64,000 bases of DNA, taken from assembly GCF_008831285.2 (NCBI RefSeq), contig NC_045138.2, positions 36,456,001 through 36,520,000 on the forward strand. The letters run 5' to 3'. Source of the stretch: Nymphaea colorata. Its lineage: Eukaryota. The first letter of the stretch is position 1, and each line of letters begins with the position of its first letter. Below are positions 1 through 11,966 of this stretch, piece by piece. The notes under the pieces are model-generated. The model ran no database searches, was not told the DNA's origin, and worked only from the letters and a program-made list of their open reading frames with translations. Position numbers and translations under genes: made by a program.

Positions 1-708
1 CTCAAGAAAGGATAGACAAAGATAAAGGAAAATCGAAACTACAACAGTACCACAATAGAAACATTTGGATGGCGAAGACGGAATTTGAAAAAGATCAACA
101 CACATGACCAAGGAGAACTCAACCGCAGAAACTGACACATCAGACCGCGCCTCTGAAGAAAGAAAGACGAATGACGAGATGAAGATTATAACTCTACTTC
201 ATACATGGATGACATTTCACTACCAGGCAGGACAAAAGAAAAGGTTAGGAGCAAAGGACACAAGAAGTCAAACTCGTCCACCTCGGTTCCACTGAATCTC
301 GAAGCCTAGCAAATTAAAGCACTCTTACATATCACGAATTTCGAAGATGCCAGAAAATCTAGAAATCTGGAGAGCCCGACTCAATTAGCTCCAAAGAACG
401 AGAGATTATGCTCCAAATTAGGAGGAGCTGCGAAAATCTGAAACAATCAATAACATAAAAAAGACACAGTATCCAAATATATAACAACTCTAAGATATGA
501 CAGTCTCAGCAAATGAAGAGCGAGATTAATGGAAAAAAAGGACTCCAAGTATCGGAAACCAAGAAACGCAAACTCATAATCAAAACACACGGACTAGAAC
601 AAACTCCAAAAGAACACGAACAAGAGAATAACTCGCGGAAACCACTCCGTCAGACGGCGATCATGAAACAGTAAAAACGATTGAAAATCTGATGGAATAA
701 CGACTCAC

Positions 709-792
709 CTCCGAATTAGGATGACATTCCGCGACATGAAGCAGGACGAGAGACACGACCAGCAGCGAAAAAATGGAGAGGCCGAACTCCAT
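709..792 (-). CDS. First coding exon of a gene continuing off the left edge; signal peptide-like (possibly an LRR receptor-like or secreted protein)
   Basis: Reverse complement reads MEFGLSIFSLLVVSLVLLHVAECHPNSE (hydrophobic core) followed directly by a consensus donor GAG|GTGAGT. No downstream exon could be identified in 1-708. Confidence 0.6.
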
Positions 793-2828
793 TTCTCTCG
801 CTTGATTCCGCTCCCAAAAATTTTCGATGATCGGGAAAGCGCGCGAATTACTTATTGGCAGGCCCGCCGATCATCTGGGCGAAAATTCTCGTTTAAATAA
901 TCTCGAATCCTGGAGGTCGTTGCCGATAACGCCAACACGTCTCGGATAGTTCGGCAACGGTTCGAGTCAAGCGAAACAACAAAGACCGGTACGATCTTTT
1001 GAGGAGTTCGTTATTTTTAAGTTTTTTTAATTAGTTAACTAGTTTCTTAATATTGGTGAACAATAAAAATAGGGGGATAGGGGCCGATTCGCTACGTCAA
1101 TCAGCAAAATTATATGTACACCGATCTGATTGACCGACCCATTCTATGATCCGACTTTACAATTTATAAGGTGATCAACCCTCGCCAATTTCAGTAATTG
1201 CTTGTTTTTATCGATTAAATTCATTCGCTTCGGAAATGTGTGTGTTTAAAGGAAGCTTGTTGGCTTAGCTTTAAATAATTTCATTAGGGTATCTCTGTAT
1301 TGCGAATGCTTGTGACCTCCGCTCATCAAACACGGGTGAAGTTATTCAGGACAATTCATTCACAGAATATCCTTTCCGATAGATAGATTAGACCGTTAAG
1401 ACCTCCAAAAGTTGGCTGAGAATAAAAATGGGAGGCATATGTAAGTTGAAGGATTGATAACTTCTCCATTTAGCCTTCTAAAACTGGGAAAGTAAGATAG
1501 AAAGCCACTTGGCGTGAGGTGGAAAGGGAGCGGTTGAGAAAACACCTGCCAACTCAATGATTTCTCAAAAGGTCAGCGTCAAGGGTTTGGTGGGAAGGAA
1601 TTTGATTCCCATCATGATCTTTTTAATTGTTTATTTTAATATGCATGGAAAAAATTTTGCCAATGTGAGTTCAGCGGTCTGACTTTTACTATTAGCCCCC
1701 AAGAAAAATTCAATGGTGGCACATATGAAATATTCTGGCAGTTAATGGCTGTGATACTTTGTAGCACCTCTTTAAAGAAAGAAAATTCCCATCAAAACAT
1801 TGGGGTAAAACCCTGAGGTATGAACTTGAAAAATTTAATGAAAATTTGATCTGATAAGAATTTCTTCATATTTGAGGGCAAACCTCACACTATGGGACAC
1901 CCGCTTTGTTGAGACTTGAGAATGTAAAAGCATATAGACAAATATCAATTTCTCGAAATTGGAATTCACCATTTTGTCATTGCAAAACTGAAAAAGTATA
2001 AATAACAACACATCAGCATTATTATCATCTTCATCACCAATCATATTGTTAACTGAATGTACCCATCTCCAATCGTAGCTAAAGCTCAACCTTTTTACAT
2101 GTGGACATGCAGATCAAGATCCATACATATTTTATCCACTCATTTTCACATAAACATGGGAACAAATTATGCCGGCTTACCATCATCCAGGCTTTGCCTT
2201 CAAGAACAATAAGGGAAACATCAAACTTACGCGTACTAGATTTGTCTTCAATACTGAAAGTTGAAACAATCATGGGCACTTGGATCCGACGCAGCTAGAA
2301 CATCAAAGGACGGCCACATCTCAAAAATGCCATCTCTGTACCACCAGCTCACCAGATTCCCATCTTTGTTCCAACAGTCATTTCTTTTTGATAGGTGATT
2401 CAGCAAACCGGACATCAGGGGATGGCTGGTGTCAAACCCGTGCCGTCAGACAGTGTTTCAAGGCACCAGCATTTGGCTGGACTAGTACCAGAAGATTGTC
2501 TACATGCAGAACTTATTATGTGTGTATATCTACGCATAAGCATGCTATAAAGACTGACAGGGAAAAAAAAAAGTATTCAAATAAGAGCAGTATAATAAGC
2601 ACCAAATGCATAGGTGCGACCAATATATAATGTCCAAGCATGCTTTTCACCTTGAACTGTCAACAGAAGTCAGTTTACAGGTTAGAAGCTGAAGTATCTA
2701 AGAAAACCAAGCCTACCATAGCTTAAGCGGGGGAGCTAAGCATCCTGCAGCGCTTAAATTATTGCACGACTGATTCCCCTTTTTCTCTAGGAAACTTTTT
2801 ACAGGTAGCAGAACGCCTCGTATCACAT

Positions 2829-5800
2829 TCAGGAAGCCCATTCAAAGTATGGACAGACAGCACCTCTTGTTGCAGACCAATTCCCACATCCAAAGAAGAA
2901 ACTCCCTTGCTTCGGTCCAGGCTTTCTAATCATGCGCTTGACGGACTTCACACCACAGTAGCAATAGATGCGTTTCTCCTTGTTGAAGTCCACGGAGGGG
3001 TAGAACTGGAAGATGGCTGATGGCTGTTTCATCTTCTGGTAATTCGGGCTTGAGCATTCCAGTGACTGCCATGGAGCAGAACGTCCAGGCATTTGCCACA
3101 TGAGAGAGTCTGTAATTGAGAACCTTAATCCTCTTCTCATGAGATTGGTAAGCAGTCTGGCAGTGTTCCTAGCGTCATCCAGGCCACAATGAGCACGACC
3201 TTCCCAAGCTAACCCAGCCAACTGGACTGCCTCCTTGAGGTTGCAGCGAACATCACCAAACACTTCATGGAATGGAACCCTTAGATTGATCCACCTGTGC
3301 ATTGCACCACACGGCTTAATCCAATGTTAGTGATATTGAGTTTAGAGAATCATGTGAACACTAGAATTTGATAAAGAATCAAAACTTCACATAGAGTAGA
3401 TTTCTGGAAGTCAATTCAGTAAAAGTAACTAAGAACAGAAGTTTGTTACCCAAATCTATAATCGTCTCAGGCTTAAAGCCTAGCCATGCATAATGCAATG
3501 CAAGACAAGTGAACATTCCTGGTAGCCAAGAGGTGGAGCAATGAATTTCTCTTGGGAGCCGAATGGCCCAGGGACTGACTGTTACAGGAGCCCATTGTAT
3601 TTTCAAAATTTTTAGAGGGGCCAAAATAAAATTTTAAAATTTAACAGTTAAAATTTTGTTTTCAAAATTTCATGGGAGCCCATGGCCCCTGCCAGGGCCC
3701 CTTTGCTCTGCCTCTGATTGGGTCTGATACAGCTTCTTTACCTCCAATCATCAATAGTTCCAGTCATAAAGCAAATTTCTCAAATCAAAGTGGCTCTTCC
3801 AGACAGAAAACTGAAGAAATTGTTTTTGATCCAAAAACTATAGAAGCTTTCCTACAGGAAATTTCCTTGTAAACTTCCATTTTTCTTTGAGGCATCAAAG
3901 CCATTCAATACAGAGATAGCACATGAATTAAAAAAATTTCTGCCGACAGCTGAAAACTGTCATAATTTAGTTTTCCAAGCTGAACGCGGATGATTTGAGG
4001 TTGATAACGCACACGGTTTCCACATTGGAGCACAAAAGCTAATCATGCCAAAACCCAGCACCAACAGACTTAATTGATAATGTAATTAACGCAAGTAGCA
4101 TTATCACCTGTTAAAATAAGGAGGTTTCCTTATCCTTTTGAATCTGCATTCTGATTCTAACATCACCCGACAGTCCCAATTGGACCATGTGACAACAGCA
4201 AAATTCGTATGTTTAATCCCATTATCTTCCAGCCACTTATCATGCATAAGGAGAGCCTCACTTAAAGGAACACCTCTATCCACCTGAAAAAAAAAAATCA
4301 GTTAAGATATAAGGAACGGATCACAGTTTTGATATTTGACTAGAGAAAAGTGCGCTGAATGCCACCTTGATCAAGCAAGTCAATAAACCCAATACCATTT
4401 GATATAGAAGTACAAAAGTAGAAATATATATATTTAAAACAGCACAAAAAACAGTAAAAAACTCTGACTTTGCTGTCCATCTTAACTACCTTGTAAAGCA
4501 ATAAGAGGCAAAAACATACATTTTGGTTGGAGCAAAGTCAGGAGTGGAAATCTACAAACCAAGTCATAGACCCCAAAAGCAATTTCATAAAGGATAATAT
4601 AACAATGCCACCAGAACCCAAACTGTCAAAATTGGAAGTCAGACACAGGTGACTTAGTGAGATTAGTCAGTGAAGCTCAGTCCAAGTCAATTTATGGTAA
4701 CAAATAAATAATTATATTTACATAAAAATAAATACAGAAACATATATGTCCGTACAAACAATGCACATATATCTTTATAGGTAAATGATACTTGATTGAC
4801 GAACGACTAGGCTGACTAAATGACTAGTCTGACGAACTAGTCATTGGCTTCAGATGCATCATCGCTGATAGCCAACTCAACTGACTAGTTGGGATTTTGA
4901 CAACTAAGACTGAACCCGAGAAAACATGCATCACACTCAATTCTGGATTGCGCATGCAGACCAAAGTGAACAAGATAATATTGAAAAGGAGGGATATCAT
5001 TCTTTCTTCATGAACCATGTGAGTTCACTGAGGTTACTATAGTTCAGTTTTTCTTGAAATTTTATTTTTTTTTCAATGAAAATTACCAACAATCTAAAAG
5101 AAAAACAGGAATTCAATCTTTCATTACATGTTGGATCTTCAATACTACCACGAGAAGAACAATAAGGAATGAAAATCAACATACCAACAAACCCATTCCC
5201 AGTTTTTTACTCGAAAATAATAAACATGCATCCTCCTAAGGTGGAGAATGTCCTGTTTATCAGCAATCAAAAACCTGTCCTCCAGAAAATAGGTACCATG
5301 GTGTCAGTTCCTCGAGTAGGAAAACAAAGAAATAACAACTTATTTCATAATGAAGGTTTGCCACATTAAAAAAGACTAAGGATGTCAGTTCCTAGCATAC
5401 AATGAAGCATCAACATCAAAGCAATTAAAAACATGGAAGACTTCTCTTGACATGAATGGCTTTAGTATTTGGACTTTGGAGCAACTGAAACTGCATAACC
5501 CCACAGACATAATGCTAGAAAACAATGAACTTACAAGGACACAATCAAGAAAAAAGTGTAAGAGCTCTTAGATAAGAACAAATAAAGAACCATAAAAAGG
5601 ATAAACAACCTGAATCTGTTGGATGCCAGTCAGTTCCTTGCAGAAATCTGTCAAATGATGATGATAAGCAGGACGAACATAGGTCTGAAAATATCCTTCT
5701 AACTGCCCAGTCATGCTATTCACTAGTACAGATGGAAATTCAATAATTTCTTGTGGATGAGGATTTTTTTCCTTGTCACAGGTTGCCTCAAAATCAATAA

Positions 5801-8751
5801 CCACAAAATACTGAAACTCTTGCAACTGAAAATCCTGAGGATAACCTAGAGGCTGCATCCAGTAGGGCATATACTGAATGTTACTTTCTAATGGGAAGGG
5901 ATATTCTCTATTAACTGGATAAAAGTAGCTCTCTGGGAAGGCTTGCCACTGGTTGGGTTGGACCTTTTGATATTCGTTCTGAAAGTTTGACCATGCAAAG
6001 AAATTTTGTTGGTATGCAGGTCTCGAGTAACCATCATTTGCCACCCCAGAAGTCCTATTACTTAGTGAATTTTCAGCTGTTAATACCCTTACTCTTTCAT
6101 CCTTTAGCTCAGGAGGCGGTCCTTCACCTGCATTACCATTCCCTTGTAGCTTACAGTCAAATGCCTTCTTCTGCAGGCATAATAAGGATGCCTCATGGCT
6201 CCTTTGCATTTTTCCTGCATGCAAAACAGAAGACACTTGAGAAGGAGAAAAATATTCTGACTTTTTTTTGTATATGCTCTTAACATTTTCCAGAATTTGT
6301 TCTTTGAAATAGAAAGAACATCTATTTGTACTAGTTGAATACATCAATTCCAAATCAGAGAAGTTTTACTTATTTCTATGTTAGTAAGAAAAAAAAATGA
6401 TTGCTTACTAAAAAGTTAAGCTTGTATATCACATCATCATCATTCATCACGGACATTGGCCGACAGATCGTATGGCTTGATGCCTATGTTAACAACAGTA
6501 CACCACCATGTATTGGTGGTGGAAGGTCAAACTGGAATGATTTTAACTTGTAAACCTGGAAATGCCCAATATCTGATAAACTAAGAACTTTGCGCTAATG
6601 ATAGCTTTATCAACTGGTTACCTGTGGCTACTATTGATACTTCTTTTCAAGTTCTTAGTGTTATTGCTGTCGTTTAATTTATGCCCAATATCTAAGAAGA
6701 TTCGCTCGAGAAGCTTTCTCAAGTTAGCTTCAATGTTAAAAGAAGTTGCTATTTTATATCATAGGATTTTTTCTGTTCTAGTGTTGGCCCCTAAATAGTC
6801 AAAATACAAGTTAGAGCAAGTTGGTCAGACCCCTAACAAGACTAACCAGGGCTAGTCAGGTCTAGCCAGTCCAAGTTGGTCCATGTTTGTCTGCAAAAAC
6901 ATAATCGACAAAATAAATATAGAAACAGAACATTTGAAGGGAGAAATCAGAAAAATAATAGAAAACATAAAATTCCATTCTAAGGCAAGTAAATATTACT
7001 ATAAATCAATTAAAATATTACTATAAAGCAATTAAACCACATATTGCTACTACAGCAGTGATGAGACTCATGAGAGTATCATATATAGGTTTGAGTAATT
7101 ACAGCGTCATATAATAGTGACAGACCTAAAGATATCCAAAACAAAAACTTAAAAAAAAAAAAAGACAGTGTAAGTTACATAACATAAGGACTACTCAGTC
7201 ATTGAGTAGTCTTTACTGCATGCCGATTTTAAGCCTATGGATTAGTTGACTAACCAAGACTTAGTTGACTAGTTGAGTAGAGACAACCAAGTCTGGCCCT
7301 AAACTTTCCAGTCCATTAGAACATAATCATGTGCTCAACTGCAATTTTCCCATCAATCTACACACTGAAGGTAGTATCAAGTAATAACCCAGTGTCCCCC
7401 ACAACAGTCAAATGTTCTCAAGTACATGTGGTTTTTTGTGCGGTTGTACCTCACACTGTGATAGGTTTACTTACATGCAAAGCTTCATGGAAAGTGTATC
7501 ATTCAGATATTGATGAAAGTTCTAAAGAGTCTTGCATATAAGTGTTACTGGGGAAATATTAAGTTTTGTATAAACAATGAAATCATGTCATCACATACTG
7601 CATGCAGACTTAGTCGTCTTGCAATAAGCTTGTCAATAATAGAGAAATAATGACTTGGTGCAAACAAACACTCGTGATAATCCCCTCATAGTCGCATATT
7701 ATAAAGATGTATGTTCTCCTAAAACAGGACTCGATTACTGAAAACTTGATGAAAAGTTTTTAGCGATATGGGTTTCTCTAGAAAATAAAACAAATAGATC
7801 AAGTTAGGTGTTAATTCTGACAGCACAATTAACAACTATGCTACCTACTAGTTGCTCCGCCCTACAAGCATGTCTTTCCATATTGTTGCTCTATGCAGGT
7901 TTCAAATCATCAGGTTCTCCAATATTTCATTCAAGATTTGATTTTCTTTTGCCAAAATCTTGATCATACAATTAAAAAACATTGGATATAGAGAACTCCT
8001 AACAAACAAGTTAACGCATAAGATGCACATAATTCGTAATATGAGATAAAATAACGATGGTACATTTACAAGTACAGATACAAATTCACTATCAACGTCC
8101 ATACAAACCCACATGGAATACAAAACTGAGCATCTTTTACTGTTTCCCAGTAACTCGTTGAAATAGAACACCAGAAACCAAACCCACATGGAATACCCAA
8201 AGAGTAACGCAACTGCCACAGATAAAAATAGACTACATAATTAAAACTTTTGTAACATGCACGTAACAACCATAAAAGGACATCAAACAAGCCAAAGTGG
8301 CATTTCTATAGAACCTCCATTCTCAATCGAGCATGTTTGCGTTCAGAAACATCAACTACCCTAAATAAGGTAACAGGGATAGAACAACATGAACCACAAA
8401 AACTACCAACCATCAAGAGAAAGGATTACATGCAATGCAGTTGGAAAAATCTAATGAACCCCCCCAACCCATAACCAAATTCCCAATTTTGCTCACTCTG
8501 CACCACCAAAACCATCCCCAGTACACATGAAGAACAACACCCAAAGGCCGTCTATTCAGCATCTAATATATCATCCATTCATCTGTGAAAACCCAAATAT
8601 CTCAGCTTCCTACCGCATTCTACGAAAGACCAACAACCGAATCAACCAGGAAGCAACGAGCAACGGAAACAAGAGCAAAAACAAAACAAACAAGTAAAAC
8701 GTTCGGCTGGTCCCACGCTAAAACCATACCTTTGTTATGTTCTTCAATCAT
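2829..8751 (-). CDS. ERI1-like DEDDh 3'-5' exonuclease with C-terminal GRF-type zinc finger, ~422 aa, 4 coding exons
   Basis: Exons 8751-8730, 6214-5610, 4283-4108, 3294-2829 join in frame at GT-AG sites (1269 nt). Motifs: VVIDFEATC, EIIEFPSV, WSNWDC, AHCGLDDA, and CYCG...PGPKQGSFFFGCGNW...CPYFEW. Confidence 0.93.
3528..3716. mobile_element. Small MITE (hAT-like ends) in the last intron of the ERI1-like gene
   Basis: Imperfect terminal inverted repeats AAGAGGTGGAGCAA ... TTGCTCTGCCTCTG around an AT-rich core with GGCCC motifs; no clean target-site duplication. Confidence 0.5.
4619..4908. mobile_element. Degenerate hAT-like MITE with GACTAGTC-type subterminal motifs
   Basis: Ends contain TGTCAAAAT / ATTTTGACA; flanking 8-mers CCAGAACC / ACTGAACC match 6/8. 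Similar motif-rich sequence occurs at ~6795-7300. Confidence 0.45.
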
Positions 8752-10364
8752 GATCCTGCTTGTGATTAGGATATTCTAGGCTATGAGTCGTGAAATTGTC
8801 TAGATCTCCCCTCCTGGCCCATCAAATAGAAACAAAAAGAAAAGATCGATCATTGAACACACGGAGGGAGAAAATAACGTCAAGCAGAGACCGCCAAATC
8901 AAGGGAGACAAGTAATGAAGGAGAAAATCAAGGCAAAGAAGAGAAAAGAGAGACTCTTACATGTCTAATTGGGAGAAGCAAGGGAGAGATCGAATCACAT
9001 GGAAGCGGTTTTCCCCTTGCGAAGAAAGAAGGTGAGCAATTCGAAGCGTTTTTAGAGAGAGAGAGAGAGAGGGGGGAGAGCAGAAGGTGGGGCCCACCTG
9101 CCTTTTTCACTTATCCCCAGCAGGTGGCCGTATCGGGTTGGGAATTTTCCCTCCTTTAAAGCACCACGTTAACGTAACCGACTAACTAAAGCAATAACTT
9201 GTGATCCCGAGACGAGTCGCTGACTCGTGAACCGGATCGGTGGGGCTCCCCCACTCGTGGGAACGTTGACTAGACCAAGTTGGTCGCCTTGCTCGCGGCC
9301 CTGGTCAAATGTGTTTGCATGGGTTCGGGTCAGGTTGCAACCAGCCAAATACATAAAGGTCATGTTTTTTCCTTTTTTCAGAAAAAGTAGATTGGCTGAG
9401 AAAAATGCTCGTTACTATAAACTGCGGATTGTGTGACGTAATTTGTTTCTTGATGGACCTACTTTACAAAGAACATTGAAAACTTGCTTTATGTGCAAAT
9501 TTGCCAAATTAAGAACTTGGAGTTTTCTTGTCTTTTTTAGTTGTTATCGGATAAGACATTTAGAAATCGTTAGCCGGTACACTTGAAATTGCACATTAGT
9601 TTTATTTTGACTTTTTTATATTTGCACACCTATAAAGGTAAAAGTTCATTGCTGCCTTTTTTAGAATGTTATTGTTTTGGTTTCAATGTTTATAGTTATT
9701 TTATGCTCTTTATGAATCATTTAATGTAACTTCGTTCATGGAAATATTTTTTGCTTTTAATGTCTTCAAGTGACTACTGTATAAATGATAACTGCCCATC
9801 GCGGAAGCGTTAGAGGGATCTAGGGCCATCCGAGAGGAGGCCGATACGAGTCGGATACCGTTTCGAACTATTTTCCTATAACGGCTTTACCGGTCCTCGT
9901 TGGGTTCATGCATAGCGTTCCTTGATCATACTGTATCGGCTTTTAAGCAGCTCTATTTAGGACTTCATGGGTCCGAAAATTTCAAATTTGGTCTCCAATT
10001 TCTTCAGTTATTTTTTTCTTCTGGTTTTCAACGAGAGAGCTCTAAATTTTTTTCCTTTAATTCCAAACTGGGGCCTACCTTAGCTGCTAATGAGAAACTC
10101 AGGCTTTCTGCTAGGGGCATGGATATGTGGGGGCTCCATGAGCCCATTAGTGGTTGAAAGCTTAAATCAGTGTGTCTAGTTATGTAAGACAGCCCCACGA
10201 GACTCAGGTCATTGACTCACGGCCAACTGAAATTTTATTAACTATATGTTTAGTGTCTTATGAACACAAACAATATATATATATATATATATAACTCTGT
10301 CCCTGTTTCTGGGGCCCGACCATGTTCTATTCCCTGACTTGAACTTGGAAATGGACCGGTCAGG

Positions 10365-10716
10365 TTTTAGGCCCCCTTTGGATGATAGAGGGAACGGACC
10401 AGGTTTTGCACATAAATCAAGTTTTTGGAGAAATCAGATTTGCAAATAACTTGAACTTAACTCTTTTTGGATGCCAAAATTTAGGTTTGCAAACAAAAAG
10501 TCGCATGTAAAGTGACCCTGGCCAATTCCCCTTCCATTTTATATATTGACGGTTCTCTGTAAAAGAAAGGTAGATCCTTTTCTTGGTTGTTCAAACTAGT
10601 ATAGGCATGATATCATTCTGGTCCACTGGTGGCCAGAAATTGGAAAAAATGGCCGGAAAATGGTGGATCTTCTCCACCACCGTGAAGTGAAATAGAAGGA
10701 AAGGTGAAAACACTGC
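10365..10716 (+). repeat. Duplicated upstream segment, copy 1 (copy 2 at ~22535-22886)
   Basis: Colinear direct match, e.g. GCCCCCTTTG.ATGATAGAGGGAAC ... TTTGCAAATAACTTGAACTTAACTCT ... GGTGAAAACA.TGC in both places. Confidence 0.9.
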
Positions 10717-11194
10717 ACATTAGCCCATCGACACTGTACAGTCTGCATGCTTTCAGTTTCAAATGTTATGCGAACAAGTCCCTCTTATATATGCAACGTA
10801 AACATTATCCAATGTATCATCTACGGGGTATTGATCCGGGAACAAATACAGTGAAAAGAAATGCCTGCCTACTTATTCATCCCATTTGCAGACCATATGA
10901 AACGTTCCTCACTGCACCACCCGTTGAGCAAGCTCACGAGCTCCACATAGGCTTGAGCTTGTTTATTGGACGAGTCAAACTTGAACTAGGCGCAAAGCTT
11001 TCTCGTTTGAGCTATACTTATAATTCGACAATGATCGATTGTCCTTGCTTCTTTAATAAAAAGAATCACTTAGAAATTATGCAAAATCAATTTCATATGA
11101 AGTTCTTTCTTCCCCAGGTATCAAGGGATGAGCAATTACATTCTATGCATAAGATGGTTGATTTTCATCATAAGAATGCTGAAAGTTTGGGTCG

Positions 11195-11250
11195 GAGGAC
11201 GGATGCATTCAACCATCTTGCAAAAGGAGTTACTAAGGTCCTTTTTTTAT
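11195..11250 (+). repeat. Short duplicated segment (partner at ~23685-23740)
   Basis: GACGGATGCATTCAACCAT.TTGCAAAA.GAGTTACTAAGGTCCTTTTTTT occurs in both places, in the same order relative to the 350-bp repeat. Confidence 0.85.
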
Positions 11251-11259
11251 TTGACTTTT

Positions 11260-11966
11260 TTTTGTGTGTGTGAAAGTTTATATTTTGTAGTTAGTAAACA
11301 TAGGGTTCAACTTAGTAAATATAGGTTCAATTCTTCTTTTTCTGGTTGTGTTTCTATTCCTAGTAAACTGTCTTTTTTTTTTCGGGCATGAATTCTTGAT
11401 TAATTAAGCTTAAAGCGCAAGGAAGGAGCTATTAGGCAGATCGGGATAGAGTAGAATAGAATATTTTTGTTTGATTTTTGAATTTGATGGTTTGATTGAG
11501 TATTTATTATTAGAAAACATGTTAAATAGTCATGTGTGTGTGTGTGTATATATATATATATTGTCTATAATAAAATGTGTGTGATTCATGTGTGACTTGG
11601 GTTCATATGTACATATATGTGTACATGTATTTTTATATTTTCAATTTTAAGTTTTGTATGTTTCCAGCTCAGTTGGCTAGCTCCAATGACTCCTTTTGGA
11701 GCCGTTGGACCTAGTCCAACTGCTAGTTTTTTTCTATCTTCTTTTTTTTCCCTGTTTATTCTTTAATTCTTCGATTGTTTATAATGTATATATAGGTGTT
11801 GTTTCTGCCATTGTAAGAAAGTTGTTTTCCACAGCTTTTTGTGTGATTCAATAATATTTTTCATTTCTCTATTTTCTTGGTCACTTGGACTTATTGTTTG
11901 TCATTGGGATTCGCAACGGGTTTACATATGTGACTGTCGCCAGCCACATTTTTGTGGTATCAAAGC
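11260..11966 (+). mobile_element. Probable LTR retrotransposon remnant (LTR plus primer-binding site); left boundary uncertain
   Basis: TGGTATCAAAGC at 11955-11966 resembles the tRNA-iMet PBS TGGTATCAGAGC and follows ...GCCACA. It is preceded by T-rich LTR-like sequence with a TATA-like motif. No intact gag/pol follows. Confidence 0.45.

Noticed and set aside
10704..11273. 189-aa plus-strand ORF
   Set aside because: Non-ATG start, spans duplicated upstream DNA and a MITE-like fragment, no recognisable motifs.
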